Part shown: one piece after another, positions 55,376 through 64,000 of the stretch
How positions within the stretch are numbered: position 1 is the stretch's first letter
Layout of the letters: the number at the start of each line of letters is the position of its first letter
Assembly (NCBI GenBank): GCA_049514395.1
Contig: JBEKVC010000001.1
Span: 2,195 to 66,194, forward strand
Direction: 5' to 3'
DNA from: Terriglobia bacterium
Lineage (GTDB): Bacteria > Acidobacteriota > Terriglobia > UBA7540
DNA: 64,000 nucleotides
The notes under the pieces: generated by a model
The model's database searches: none
Told to the model about the DNA's origin: nothing
The model's input: the letters and a program-made list of their open reading frames with translations, nothing else
Program-made: the position numbers and the translations under genes

Positions 55376-55825
55376 ATGATTGAGGGAGTACGGGTTGTGC
55401 CATTAAAGCGTATCCCCGATGAGCGCGGGACCATATTTCATATGTTGAAGTGCACGGATGCACACTTCCGGCAGTTCGGAGAGATTTACTTTACGACGAT
55501 TTATCGTGGGGTAATCAAGGGTTGGCACAAACATCGGGAAATGACCCTGAACTACGCCTGCATCGAGGGTCGAATCAAGCTCGTCCTGTATGATGATCGA
55601 ACGAACTCCCCGACCCGAAATGAGCTTATGGAGGTTTTTCTGGGGCCGGATAATTATTCCCTGGTCGTCATTCCTCCCGAAGTTTGGAATGGTATGAAGG
55701 GGATGAGTGCACCGTATGCTATTGTGGCAAACTGCGCTACCCACACACACGACCCTTCCAGAACCACACGTCTTGACCCCTCCAGTGACACCATTCCCTA
55801 CAAGTGGGAAGTCAAAAACTTTTAG
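55376..55825 (+). CDS. RmlC-like cupin (NDP-4-keto-6-deoxyhexose 3,5-epimerase family, about 149 aa)
   Basis: PLKRIPDERGTIFHMLK...GEIYFTTIYRGVIKGWHKH. Start at ATG 55376 after AAGGGGA. The ORF is open from 55274. Confidence 0.8.
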   Translation: MIEGVRVVPLKRIPDERGTIFHMLKCTDAHFRQFGEIYFTTIYRGVIKGWHKHREMTLNYACIEGRIKLVLYDDRTNSPTRNELMEVFLGPDNYSLVVIPPEVWNGMKGMSAPYAIVANCATHTHDPSRTTRLDPSSDTIPYKWEVKNF

Positions 55826-55837
55826 CCGGATGGTCCG

Positions 55838-56761
55838 ATGAGGGTTCTCATTACTGGAGCAGGTGGATTCATCGGATCCCAAGTGGTCCGAAAAGTCCTC
55901 CAGGACGGGCATACCGTTGTAGCTGTGCTCAGGCCGGGAGAATCTCCTGCGCGCCTAATCGACTGCCTGGATTCCGTTTCTCTGGTTCATTGCGATTTGA
56001 GTGATGGCGACGCTGTGCGAAGGTTGGTCAGTGGGACTCGACCTGAAAACGCCATACACCTCGCTTGGTATGTGGAGCCGGGCAAGTACTGGCAGGCAAG
56101 TGAGAATCTGGATTGTGTGAGGATGAGTCTTTCCTTAGCGCGAGCGCTTAGAGAGGCAGGCTGTTCCCGAGTCGTGGGCGCCGGAACTTGTGCAGAATAT
56201 GACTGGGATTATGGATTCTTCTCGGAGATGGTGACGCCCTTGAAGCCCCGTTCCTTGTATGGCATATGCAAGAATGCGACGCGGGAGATCCTGCAAGCTT
56301 TTTGCGCCCAGGCGGGAATGGGTTTTGCCTGGACGCGCTTCTTCTACCTCTACGGGCCCACGGAGGCTAAGGAGCGATTGATCCCCTACGTGGTTCTGAC
56401 CTTGCTAAAAGGGGAGGTGGCCAAATGCACCAGTGGGGAACAGATCCGAGATTTCCTCCATGTGGAGGACGCGGCATCTGCGGTGTGGGCGGTAGCGAAA
56501 AGTGACCTTTCCGGTCCGGTGAATATCGGCTCGGGGCAACCGACAAAGGTGCGGACGATTGTTCAAACCATTGCGCAACATCTGCAAAGGGAAGAGAATC
56601 TTGTACTTGGAGCTTTGCCCACCGATCCTCAGGAACCGCTGGTGTTGTTGGCGGACGTTCGAAGGCTGGCAAGTGTGGTCGGGTGGAAGCCTTCCCTAAC
56701 CCTCAAGGAGGGGGTGGCAAAGACATGTGAATGGTGGAGGTCAACGATACACGGGACATGA
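55838..56761 (+). CDS. NAD(P)-dependent epimerase/dehydratase/reductase (SDR, 307 aa)
   Basis: VLITGAGGFIGS Rossmann motif and catalytic YGICK. Confidence 0.85.
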   Translation: MRVLITGAGGFIGSQVVRKVLQDGHTVVAVLRPGESPARLIDCLDSVSLVHCDLSDGDAVRRLVSGTRPENAIHLAWYVEPGKYWQASENLDCVRMSLSLARALREAGCSRVVGAGTCAEYDWDYGFFSEMVTPLKPRSLYGICKNATREILQAFCAQAGMGFAWTRFFYLYGPTEAKERLIPYVVLTLLKGEVAKCTSGEQIRDFLHVEDAASAVWAVAKSDLSGPVNIGSGQPTKVRTIVQTIAQHLQREENLVLGALPTDPQEPLVLLADVRRLASVVGWKPSLTLKEGVAKTCEWWRSTIHGT

Positions 56762-57936
56762 TAAAGCGCCTTTGCCCACTTTGTGCGAGCCCTTCCCCAC
56801 AGGTCTTCTTCCAACGCAGGAACGTGCCTGTCCACCAGAACGTGGTGTGTGCGAGCGCTGAGGAGGCACGCCAGTTTACTCGTGGGGACCTCCTGCTGGC
56901 CTTCTGTAGAACGTGCGGTTTTGTCTTTAACGCAGCATTCGACCCCAACAGCCTCCGATACTCTGCTGCCTATGAAAACACCCAGAGCTGCTCTCCCTAC
57001 TTCAAGCATTACCTCACAGAGCTGGGGGAGTCTCTCCTTAGCAAATACCGTCTTCACGATAAGGTGGTTATTGAAGTGGGCTGCGGGAAGGGGGAATTCC
57101 TCCGACTGCTTTGCAAAGACGGAAGAAACCGAGGCATTGGATTCGATCCCAGCTACGTCGGCCCTGACACCGCTGAGCAAGGGGCAGTGCGCTTTATCCG
57201 TGCATTTTATGATTCACAGCACACCCAATTTGCCCCTGATTTCGTCTGTTGCCGTCATGTCATCGAGCATGTGCAATCCCCTTTGGAAATGCTCCATGCG
57301 GTTCGACAAGCAATCGGGAACGGGATGGACTCATTTGTATACTTTGAGACTCCAGCGCTACCCTGGATCCTCGATACGGTGACATTCTGGGATTTCTTTT
57401 ATGAGCATTGCTCGTATCTCACGGCAGAGAATCTTACCTGGGCATTCGAACAGACGGGATTTCAGGTCCTCGAGACGCACTTGGCCTTCGACGAGCAATA
57501 CCTGTGCATAGAAGCCAAGCCTGCCATGGCCGGCAGCACACCCGGAGCACTTCGGCCAAGGCCCACCCCGAATCTCTGGTGGAAGATCCAATCTTTCCTG
57601 GCGAGACTCCAGGGACGAATGGAAGCGTGCGAAGAAAAAATCGACGCTTTCGACAGAGCAGGGGGCTGCGCGATATGGGGGGCGGCAGCTAAAGGGACAA
57701 CCTTAGTGAACACGATTGACCCCGAGAATCGTCGCATTCGGTTCCTCATCGATATTAATCCCGCCAAGCACGGGAAATATGTTCTCGGCACTGGGCATCA
57801 GATCGTGTCACCCAGCTACGTCCGGGAGCAAAGGAGTCGCATCGCGGGTATCGTAAACATGAACCCCAATTACCTGGAAGAAAACCGATCGATACTATCG
57901 CAAATGTCGCTTGAAATCCCCATCGTCCAGTTGTAG
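56758..57936 (+). CDS. Second C-methyltransferase-type SAM methyltransferase
   Basis: CPLC...CRTCG zinc ribbon, SAM motif VIEVGCGKGEFL and C-terminal CAIWGAAAKGTTLVN. ATG 56758 overlaps the upstream stop (ATGA). The ORF is open from 56731. Confidence 0.8.
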   Translation: MIKRLCPLCASPSPQVFFQRRNVPVHQNVVCASAEEARQFTRGDLLLAFCRTCGFVFNAAFDPNSLRYSAAYENTQSCSPYFKHYLTELGESLLSKYRLHDKVVIEVGCGKGEFLRLLCKDGRNRGIGFDPSYVGPDTAEQGAVRFIRAFYDSQHTQFAPDFVCCRHVIEHVQSPLEMLHAVRQAIGNGMDSFVYFETPALPWILDTVTFWDFFYEHCSYLTAENLTWAFEQTGFQVLETHLAFDEQYLCIEAKPAMAGSTPGALRPRPTPNLWWKIQSFLARLQGRMEACEEKIDAFDRAGGCAIWGAAAKGTTLVNTIDPENRRIRFLIDINPAKHGKYVLGTGHQIVSPSYVREQRSRIAGIVNMNPNYLEENRSILSQMSLEIPIVQL

Positions 57937-57978
57937 GGTGCTCGTGTCATTTGCGAAAAATGGGCGTTGCAAGTCGCA

Positions 57979-58014
57979 GTCATTCCCGTCCCGCCATGGC
58001 GGGACGGGAATGAC
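57979..58014. repeat. Perfect 36-nt palindrome with GTCATTC...GAATGAC ends inside the sugar operon
   Basis: GTCATTCCCGTCCCGCC-AT-GGCGGGACGGGAATGAC has 17-nt perfectly complementary arms. Confidence 0.85.
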
Positions 58015-58074
58015 TGGCGTTTCGAAAGGGATACCATCCCAGATGACACCAACACGCGTTGTAAAGGAGGCTCG

Positions 58075-58833
58075 TTGAAGAGAATTCGCAACCTGATAGT
58101 TGATATGGTGAGCCAGACTCTATCCGTCACGTACGCTGACAATGAATTATCCACTTTCCCTCTTTATACCCCCGAAGCATTCCAAGCCATTTCCCGATTG
58201 TGGATAAAGACGGGCTGGGCCGCGAAATATTCTTATAACTTCTCCTGGATGGGGCGACCCGTCATTCAATTGCCTGAGGACTTGGTCATAGTGCAGGAGC
58301 TGATCCATAAGGTTCAGCCGCAGGTCATCATTGAAACCGGTATTGCGCACGGTGGATCCAGCGTGTTCTATGCGAGTCTATTTGAAATTTTGGGACGGGG
58401 TCGTGTGATATCCATCGACATTGAAATCAGGCCGCATAACCGTAAGGCAATCGAAGGGCACCCGCTCAAGAAGCGGATAACCTTGATCGAGCGAAGCTCC
58501 ATTGCGCCCGAAACGCTCGAGGAGGTCCGGAACCTGATTTCTCCGAATGAAGAGGTGATGGTCGTTCTGGATTCAAACCACACCAGAGAGCATGTCCGGA
58601 AAGAACTTGAGCTTTACGGTCCGCTCGTGACTTCCGGGAGCTATATCGTGGCCGCCGACGGCATCATGGAGGACCTCGACGATGTGCCGGGTGGGAAGGC
58701 AGAATGGACGCGAGATAACCCCAGGGCCGCGGTCCACGAATTTTTGGCCTCACATCCTGAATTTGAAATTGACCCGGAACCTACCCGTTCAGGGGTCACC
58801 TATTGGCCGGATGCGTACTTACGCCGCAAATAA
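58075..58833 (+). CDS. Cephalosporin-hydroxylase (CmcI)-family methyltransferase-fold protein
   Basis: W(M)GRPVIQLPEDLVIVQELI...VIIETGIAHGGSSVFYA is the CmcI family pattern. The start is TTG 58075 (AAGGAGG 4 nt upstream) or ATG 58105. The ORF-track start at 57967 would run through the palindrome. Confidence 0.8.
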   Translation: MKRIRNLIVDMVSQTLSVTYADNELSTFPLYTPEAFQAISRLWIKTGWAAKYSYNFSWMGRPVIQLPEDLVIVQELIHKVQPQVIIETGIAHGGSSVFYASLFEILGRGRVISIDIEIRPHNRKAIEGHPLKKRITLIERSSIAPETLEEVRNLISPNEEVMVVLDSNHTREHVRKELELYGPLVTSGSYIVAADGIMEDLDDVPGGKAEWTRDNPRAAVHEFLASHPEFEIDPEPTRSGVTYWPDAYLRRK

Positions 58834-58958
58834 CCGCTTCGGCTTTTCTCTCTGTCAGCTCGCATTATTTATGAAAGCAGCCACGCTGCATAGAGAGGGG
58901 TACGGGTTTAAGAACCTTTAACACAGCGCTCCTGTTGGCCGCAACCCAAGAACGGTTT

Positions 58959-59034
58959 CACCACAGAGACCACAGAGGTCACGGAGAAGCGACTCTGGGC
59001 ATTTCTCTCTGTGGTCTCTGTGCGCTCTGTGGTA
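58959..59034. repeat. ACCACAGAG-family hairpin between the CmcI-like and flippase genes
   Basis: CACCACAGAGACCACAGAGGTCACGGAG pairs with CTCTCTGTGGTCTCTGTGCGCTCTGTGGT. Confidence 0.65.
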
Positions 59035-59085
59035 GATCCTTTTTGTGCCCCCCGTGGTAGACTCTCTTTCGGGTTTTGAGGTCGG

Positions 59086-60603
59086 ATGTCAAGACTTTCA
59101 AAGAACATTCTTTATAACCTGTTTGGCCAGGGACTGCTTGTCATCCTAGGGTTCGTAGCGGTGAAGTTCATTTTCAAGCAGTTGGGCCAGGACGCGCTCG
59201 GGATTATCTATTTCACCCTCACGCTGAACGCCCTGCTCACCGCGCTTCTGGCTCTGGGAATAAATGAAACCACCGTCCGCGAAGTCGCGGCCTTTCACGA
59301 AGATGATCCAACTTACATAACGAAGCTGCTGCAAACCGCATCGTTTTTTTACTGGGGTCTTTATGTCCTGACCGCAGTTGGCCTCTATGCGAGTGCTCCT
59401 TGGCTGGTCACCAAGTGGATCAACCTGGATACTCTCAATCCTTTCACTGCGACGCGGATTCTGCGTGTGCTCGGAATCGCATCGCTCCTTGCCCTGCCTC
59501 GCTCCTTTTATATGAGCATTCTGCGGGGAATTCAGCGCATGGAATTCACCAACCTCATTGATGTAGGGACCAGCGCCTTACAGCAGTTCGGCACCATCGG
59601 TATTCTCTTCCTGGGTGGCGGCTTGATTCAGGTTACCCACTGGATGGCTGGCTGCTATCTATTAGGCCTTGCCGTTTACCTAACGGTGTGCGCTCATTTT
59701 TTCGGCTTTAAGGTATTTGTCCCCAGGATTTCGACTTCGGTGATCGACCGGAATGCCGGATATACGTTCAGGCTGGCCGGGATCACGGTCTTTTCTATCA
59801 TTCACACGCAATCCGACAAAGCAATAGTGAGTAAGCTTCTATCGCTCGGCGTTTTTGGATACTACGGTATGGCTTACAACGCCGTGTCGCGGGGGATGCT
59901 GGTGTCAACCTCGGTTTCCCAGGCGGTTTTCCCTTCTTTTTCCGCTTTGTACAAGCAGGGCGACCGTGATGGGCTCATGTGCCAGTATAGGAAGCTGCAG
60001 GATCTTCTGTGCTATGCGGTCATACCCATGTTCGCTGCCATTCCCTTTGCAGCGCGTCCTCTCTTCACTTTCGTGCTGAATGCGGAAGGGGCGCGAATGC
60101 TCCTTTGGCCGGTCACATTCTTGTCTATCGGTTTTTGTATGAACGGAACGATGAGTATCCCCTATGTCTTCTCCCTGGCGGTGGGTAAGCCTGAAATCGC
60201 GGCCCGCACAAACTTCTATGCGCTGTTCGCGGTTTTGCCCGTGACCCTTTTGCTCGTGTACCGATTCGGGATTGCCGGGGCTGGATTCTCCTGGGTCTTC
60301 TACCACCTTTTCGCCTATGGCTATATGATGCCGCGCACCTGTTCTGAATGCCTGGATATGCCTGTCTGGAAATGGTACTTCCATGTATTCAAGGTCTTTG
60401 TACTGGCAGGCTTGACCTACGGTGGGGCTTGGGCTATTGTTATGTTAGTTGGGTCTTTTTCGGTCCTGTCGTTAGCCTTGGGCTACGCCTTTGCTTCCAT
60501 TGCGTTTGTGGCGGCAGCTTATCGACTGATTGGTAACGAGTTACGCGAGACACTGCGCCGGCTGACTTTCCTCAAGCCAGCACCGGCGAGCGTAGTGCCC
60601 TAA
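59086..60603 (+). CDS. Polysaccharide flippase (Wzx/MOP superfamily, 505 aa)
   Basis: About 12-14 hydrophobic helices. N-terminus LSKNILYNLFGQGLLVILGFVAVKFI is typical of PST-family flippases. Confidence 0.85.
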   Translation: MSRLSKNILYNLFGQGLLVILGFVAVKFIFKQLGQDALGIIYFTLTLNALLTALLALGINETTVREVAAFHEDDPTYITKLLQTASFFYWGLYVLTAVGLYASAPWLVTKWINLDTLNPFTATRILRVLGIASLLALPRSFYMSILRGIQRMEFTNLIDVGTSALQQFGTIGILFLGGGLIQVTHWMAGCYLLGLAVYLTVCAHFFGFKVFVPRISTSVIDRNAGYTFRLAGITVFSIIHTQSDKAIVSKLLSLGVFGYYGMAYNAVSRGMLVSTSVSQAVFPSFSALYKQGDRDGLMCQYRKLQDLLCYAVIPMFAAIPFAARPLFTFVLNAEGARMLLWPVTFLSIGFCMNGTMSIPYVFSLAVGKPEIAARTNFYALFAVLPVTLLLVYRFGIAGAGFSWVFYHLFAYGYMMPRTCSECLDMPVWKWYFHVFKVFVLAGLTYGGAWAIVMLVGSFSVLSLALGYAFASIAFVAAAYRLIGNELRETLRRLTFLKPAPASVVP

Positions 60604-60628
60604 CAATTGACGGAGGACGTGGCCAGAG

Positions 60629-61795
60629 GTGAACAACCGTACCAATCCGTTGCTCTCGGTCATCATCCCCACGCGGGAGCGCCCTGAGACGTTGCAATAT
60701 ACACTCAGAACGGCGCTCGACCAGACCAGCAAGAACTTTGAAGTCATCGTCAGCGATAATTTCAGCCAGGACAATACAGCGGAAGTTGTGAGGAGTCTTT
60801 CCGACCCGCGATTGCGATTGATTAATCCCGGTCGACGCCTCTCCATGTGTGACAATTGGGACTTCGCTCTCCTTCACGCGGCAGGCGATTATGTCATGTT
60901 CATCGGGGACGACGACGCGGTCATCCCCGGTGCCCTCGACAAATTGGAGGCGTCCATCCAGACCACGCACCGCCTTGCCTATCGCTGGCCAAGACCTGTT
61001 TACAATTGGCCCGTGGATGGCAAACCGGCCCGTGTGGACTATCTTCCCCCCACAACTCAAGCCTCAGAGGTTGATCTGGAGAATTTAGCCAGGCTGGTCG
61101 TCTCCATGGGAGGCTGGAGGTGGCCCCTGATCCCGTGTATGTATCACTCAGCAGTTGCTAAGCGCATTCCTGACTCCATTCGAGAGAAGACTGGCAGAGT
61201 CTTCCATTCCATGGCGCCCGATGCTTTCATGTCAATGGCAGTGCCTGTTTTCGCTAAGACAGCTATGGATTTGGGCTATTACGTTTCGGTCGCGGGAAAC
61301 TCGCAGAAATCTAATAGCGGAATCATTGGGAGGCCGGATCGGCATGAGTATTTCGATAGATTTATTCAGGAATACGGCGACTACAAGATTCATCCGACCC
61401 TTTTCCCCGGGATCCCCATAGCTTTTAGTTTGATTTCAGATAGCATCTTGGTGGCGATGGACAAGTTCCCCGGTTTCTATGGCGGAATGAAATTCAACTA
61501 TGACGCTATGTGGGCCTTTCTCTTCCGACTCGATTCAGTTATGTTCGCGTACGACCTGCGTAGGTTGGATATCATTCGGAAAAGGCGGCAAATCCGGCGC
61601 TATCATCCTTTCGATGTAGGCCGTTTCCTGCTGTATTCAGCATTCCACCAATCAGTGGTGTTGCGAAGCCGGATACTTTCGAGGATTCTCACGTTCCGTG
61701 GGGCAGCCGACCACCCACCCGACAACATCCGTGATTTCGTCAGGGTACTCTCTGGCCGGAACCGTGCTCAAAATGGCGTGGGTGGCTCAAAATGA
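60629..61795 (+). CDS. Family 2 glycosyltransferase (388 aa)
   Basis: LSVIIPTRERPETL, VSDNFSQDNT and DxD in FIGDDDAV. Confidence 0.85.
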   Translation: MNNRTNPLLSVIIPTRERPETLQYTLRTALDQTSKNFEVIVSDNFSQDNTAEVVRSLSDPRLRLINPGRRLSMCDNWDFALLHAAGDYVMFIGDDDAVIPGALDKLEASIQTTHRLAYRWPRPVYNWPVDGKPARVDYLPPTTQASEVDLENLARLVVSMGGWRWPLIPCMYHSAVAKRIPDSIREKTGRVFHSMAPDAFMSMAVPVFAKTAMDLGYYVSVAGNSQKSNSGIIGRPDRHEYFDRFIQEYGDYKIHPTLFPGIPIAFSLISDSILVAMDKFPGFYGGMKFNYDAMWAFLFRLDSVMFAYDLRRLDIIRKRRQIRRYHPFDVGRFLLYSAFHQSVVLRSRILSRILTFRGAADHPPDNIRDFVRVLSGRNRAQNGVGGSK

Positions 61796-61850
61796 ACCGT
61801 AAGTTGCAGTAGAATCTATCGAATTTCAACCCAGTGGGAGGCTTGTTCCC

Positions 61851-62594
61851 ATGGCAAAACAAGGAGAAATCGATTATCTAAAGAACGCCGGAATCGGCGA
61901 GATTAACCACGCGGTCAATAAGCCGTTTTCGGACGAGTACTGCGCGGGATACCTTATGGAAGTGGGCGCCATCATGTCTCTCCTCCCTCCGCCGCCGGCA
62001 AGGCTTTTGGACTTAGGGTGCGGCACAGGATGGACAAGTTGTTTCTACGCGAGGAGAGGATACGAGGTTACAGGCCAAGACATTGCAGAAGATATGATTT
62101 ATAACGCAAACGAAAAAAAGAACAGAGAGGGAGTCAATAACGTCCGCTTCGTCGTCTGCGACTATGAGAACATGGGTTTCGAAAGTGAATTTGACTGTGC
62201 AGTTTTTTTCGATGCTCTACACCACTCTATTAACGAAGAAGACGCCATTCGCATGGTTTATAAGGCGCTTAAACGTGGTGGAATCTGCATAGCCTCAGAA
62301 CCCGGGATCGGTCACGCCAACATGCCGAGATCGATCGACGCAGTAAGGAAGTACAATGTCACTGAAAAGGACATGCCGCCCGGAAGGATTATAAAGGCAG
62401 GGAGAAAAGCTGGCTTCAGGGTATTTAAAGTATACCCACATACCATGCACCTCGAGAAGACCATCTACGCCGGACGGACTGATCGGCGGTGGGTGAATAA
62501 GCTGTTCAGGTGGCGCTTCCTCCGAACTCTTACCGCAATCTTCGTAATGACACTTTATAAGCGACGCGCCGGGATTGTTTTGATGATCAAATAA
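61851..62594 (+). CDS. Class I SAM-dependent methyltransferase (247 aa)
   Basis: SAM motif I RLLDLGCGTGW, plus downstream FDCAVFFDALHH. Confidence 0.8.
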   Translation: MAKQGEIDYLKNAGIGEINHAVNKPFSDEYCAGYLMEVGAIMSLLPPPPARLLDLGCGTGWTSCFYARRGYEVTGQDIAEDMIYNANEKKNREGVNNVRFVVCDYENMGFESEFDCAVFFDALHHSINEEDAIRMVYKALKRGGICIASEPGIGHANMPRSIDAVRKYNVTEKDMPPGRIIKAGRKAGFRVFKVYPHTMHLEKTIYAGRTDRRWVNKLFRWRFLRTLTAIFVMTLYKRRAGIVLMIK

Positions 62595-62877
62595 ACCTAC
62601 GTCACATGTGGACAATTGCGCACGGCCCTCTTCCCCAAAGACGTGACCCATGTTTGCTGAAGCTCAGCGGTTGGAAGACCTCTACTACCAGCTTGCGAAT
62701 TCGGGTGAATAGATCTCTGCGCAGACCTGAAAAGATGCGCCTCGACATCCCAGGACGAAAGCCCACGGTTTGTCTTTACTAATTTGGGGAATGGCCGATG
62801 CGGGAAAACCTGTGGGACTGAGAGAGAGGCCCGAAGGCCGCGGGTTCCGGGGAGTTTAGTTCAAGCGGAGAGGAGTA

Positions 62878-64000
62878 ATGAGGATAGGTATCGACGCATG
62901 CGCTCTTTCGACATGGCGTGCGGGAACAACACGAGCCGTCGAAAACGTCGTGCGGGAACTCGTACGCGTTGATGAACACAATGAGTACTTTCTTTATTCT
63001 AATCATGACTTTGCCCTTCCAGTAGAGAACGGTAGATGGCAAAAAAGGATTGATTCGCGGTTCGGTTTCCTACCCGGCGCGATCTGGATTCAAACCCGGG
63101 GCAAGAAAATGATTTTGGGTGACCGGGTGAACGCTTTTTGGGCGACTGCCCACATACTGCCCCTCGGCCTTCCGCCTGCCATCCGGAAAGTCCTAACGGT
63201 GCATGATGTTGTATGGGTTCGCTACCCGGAAACAATGGCCACTTACACCAGGATGGTACACCGGCTTCTAGCCGGTCGCTCAGTGGGCGAGGCAGAAACA
63301 ATCATCGCAGCATCCGAATCGACGAAACGAGACCTTGTGGCCCTTCTCAATGTTCCCGCACATAAGGTTAAGACGATCTATCACGGTGTCAGTTCCCTCT
63401 TTCGTCCCCACGATGTGGTGGTGGCGCGGAAATATATCGCGGCCAAATATGGAGTCTCAGAAACTTATATCTGTGCCGTTGGGACCGTCGAACCGCGTAA
63501 GAATCTCTCCACGCTGGTGGAAGCTGTGGGAATTCTCCGCAAACGAGCATACTTCCCCTTTCAATTGGTAATCGCGGGTGGAAAAGGCTGGAAGAATTCG
63601 GGTGTGCACCGCTCTGTTGCCCGAGCCGGGCTCAGCGAGGATGATGTGAAGTCCCTCGGATTTGTTCCCGAAGAGGACCTGCCTTTGCTCTATTCGGGGG
63701 CTTCCGTTTTCGTTTTCCCTTCAATCTACGAGGGGTTTGGACTCCCCCTAGTGGAGGCGATGGCCTGCGGGGTTCCCATCGTAGCATCAGACGTTTCGTC
63801 GATTCCCGAAGTGGTCCTTGATGCTGGTCTGCTTGTTCCGCCTCATGAGCCCGAGGCTTTCGCCGAGGCCATTCTTCGCGCGATGAATGACTGTAACCTG
63901 CGCAGCAGCCTTATAACGAAAGGGATTGAAAGAGCTCGTCTTTTTCGATGGGATAAGGCAGCCCGTGAGGTGCTGCAAGTCTTCAATCAGCTTGTGTCGC
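62878..64000 (+). CDS. Family 4 (GT-B) glycosyltransferase, 3' end outside the window
   Basis: My own translation from ATG 62878 (SD GGAGAGGAG) is open to the window end: MRIGIDACAL...VFVFPSIYEGFGLPLVEAMACGVPIVASDVSSIPEVV (the EX7E region). It is absent from the ORF track because no stop is reached. Confidence 0.8.
   Translation, partial: MRIGIDACALSTWRAGTTRAVENVVRELVRVDEHNEYFLYSNHDFALPVENGRWQKRIDSRFGFLPGAIWIQTRGKKMILGDRVNAFWATAHILPLGLPPAIRKVLTVHDVVWVRYPETMATYTRMVHRLLAGRSVGEAETIIAASESTKRDLVALLNVPAHKVKTIYHGVSSLFRPHDVVVARKYIAAKYGVSETYICAVGTVEPRKNLSTLVEAVGILRKRAYFPFQLVIAGGKGWKNSGVHRSVARAGLSEDDVKSLGFVPEEDLPLLYSGASVFVFPSIYEGFGLPLVEAMACGVPIVASDVSSIPEVVLDAGLLVPPHEPEAFAEAILRAMNDCNLRSSLITKGIERARLFRWDKAAREVLQVFNQLVS

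Overview
High-GC bacterial chromosome segment. The gene content suggests Acidobacteriota: a roughly 1100-aa CarboxypepD_reg-type TonB receptor, acidobacterial-style EPS genes and dense intergenic hairpin repeats. This taxon call is inference. Most of the window is housekeeping or ordinary accessory genes: pyrB, cysS, folD, fhs, a class-III aminotransferase, galT-like, tRNA-Gly and tRNA-Cys, an M1 peptidase, an ENPP-type phosphodiesterase, a GH51 arabinofuranosidase and a PAS-rich hybrid histidine kinase. Four regions stand out. (1) At 15.68-19.90 kb, three inverted-repeat-bounded elements sit head to tail, and every junction is the same 8-bp CTAATTTC. The largest (3669 bp) is an IS1-family element with cargo: a Gp49/HigB-like toxin, an XRE antitoxin, an unknown protein, an HNH protein and another unknown ORF. 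It also has a consensus promoter driving a roughly 270-nt structured leader, containing a tRNA-like minihelix, ahead of the transposase. (2) At 35.7-44.4 kb there is a minus-strand one-carbon cluster like the methyl branch of the Wood-Ljungdahl pathway: fhs, a fused MTHFR, a pterin-binding methyltransferase, folD and an Hcy-methyltransferase domain protein. It is headed by a decayed cooC. (3) From 48.6 kb to the window end there is an EPS locus: Wza, Wzc-like, a CDP-hexose pathway with two C-methyltransferase-type enzymes plus a CmcI-like enzyme, a flippase and glycosyltransferases. (4) Several REP/MITE-like palindromic repeat families are scattered through the window, alongside one REP-associated Y1 transposase (RAYT). 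No CRISPR array, rRNA or prophage was seen. All homology calls rest on motifs read by eye and need HMM or BLAST confirmation.
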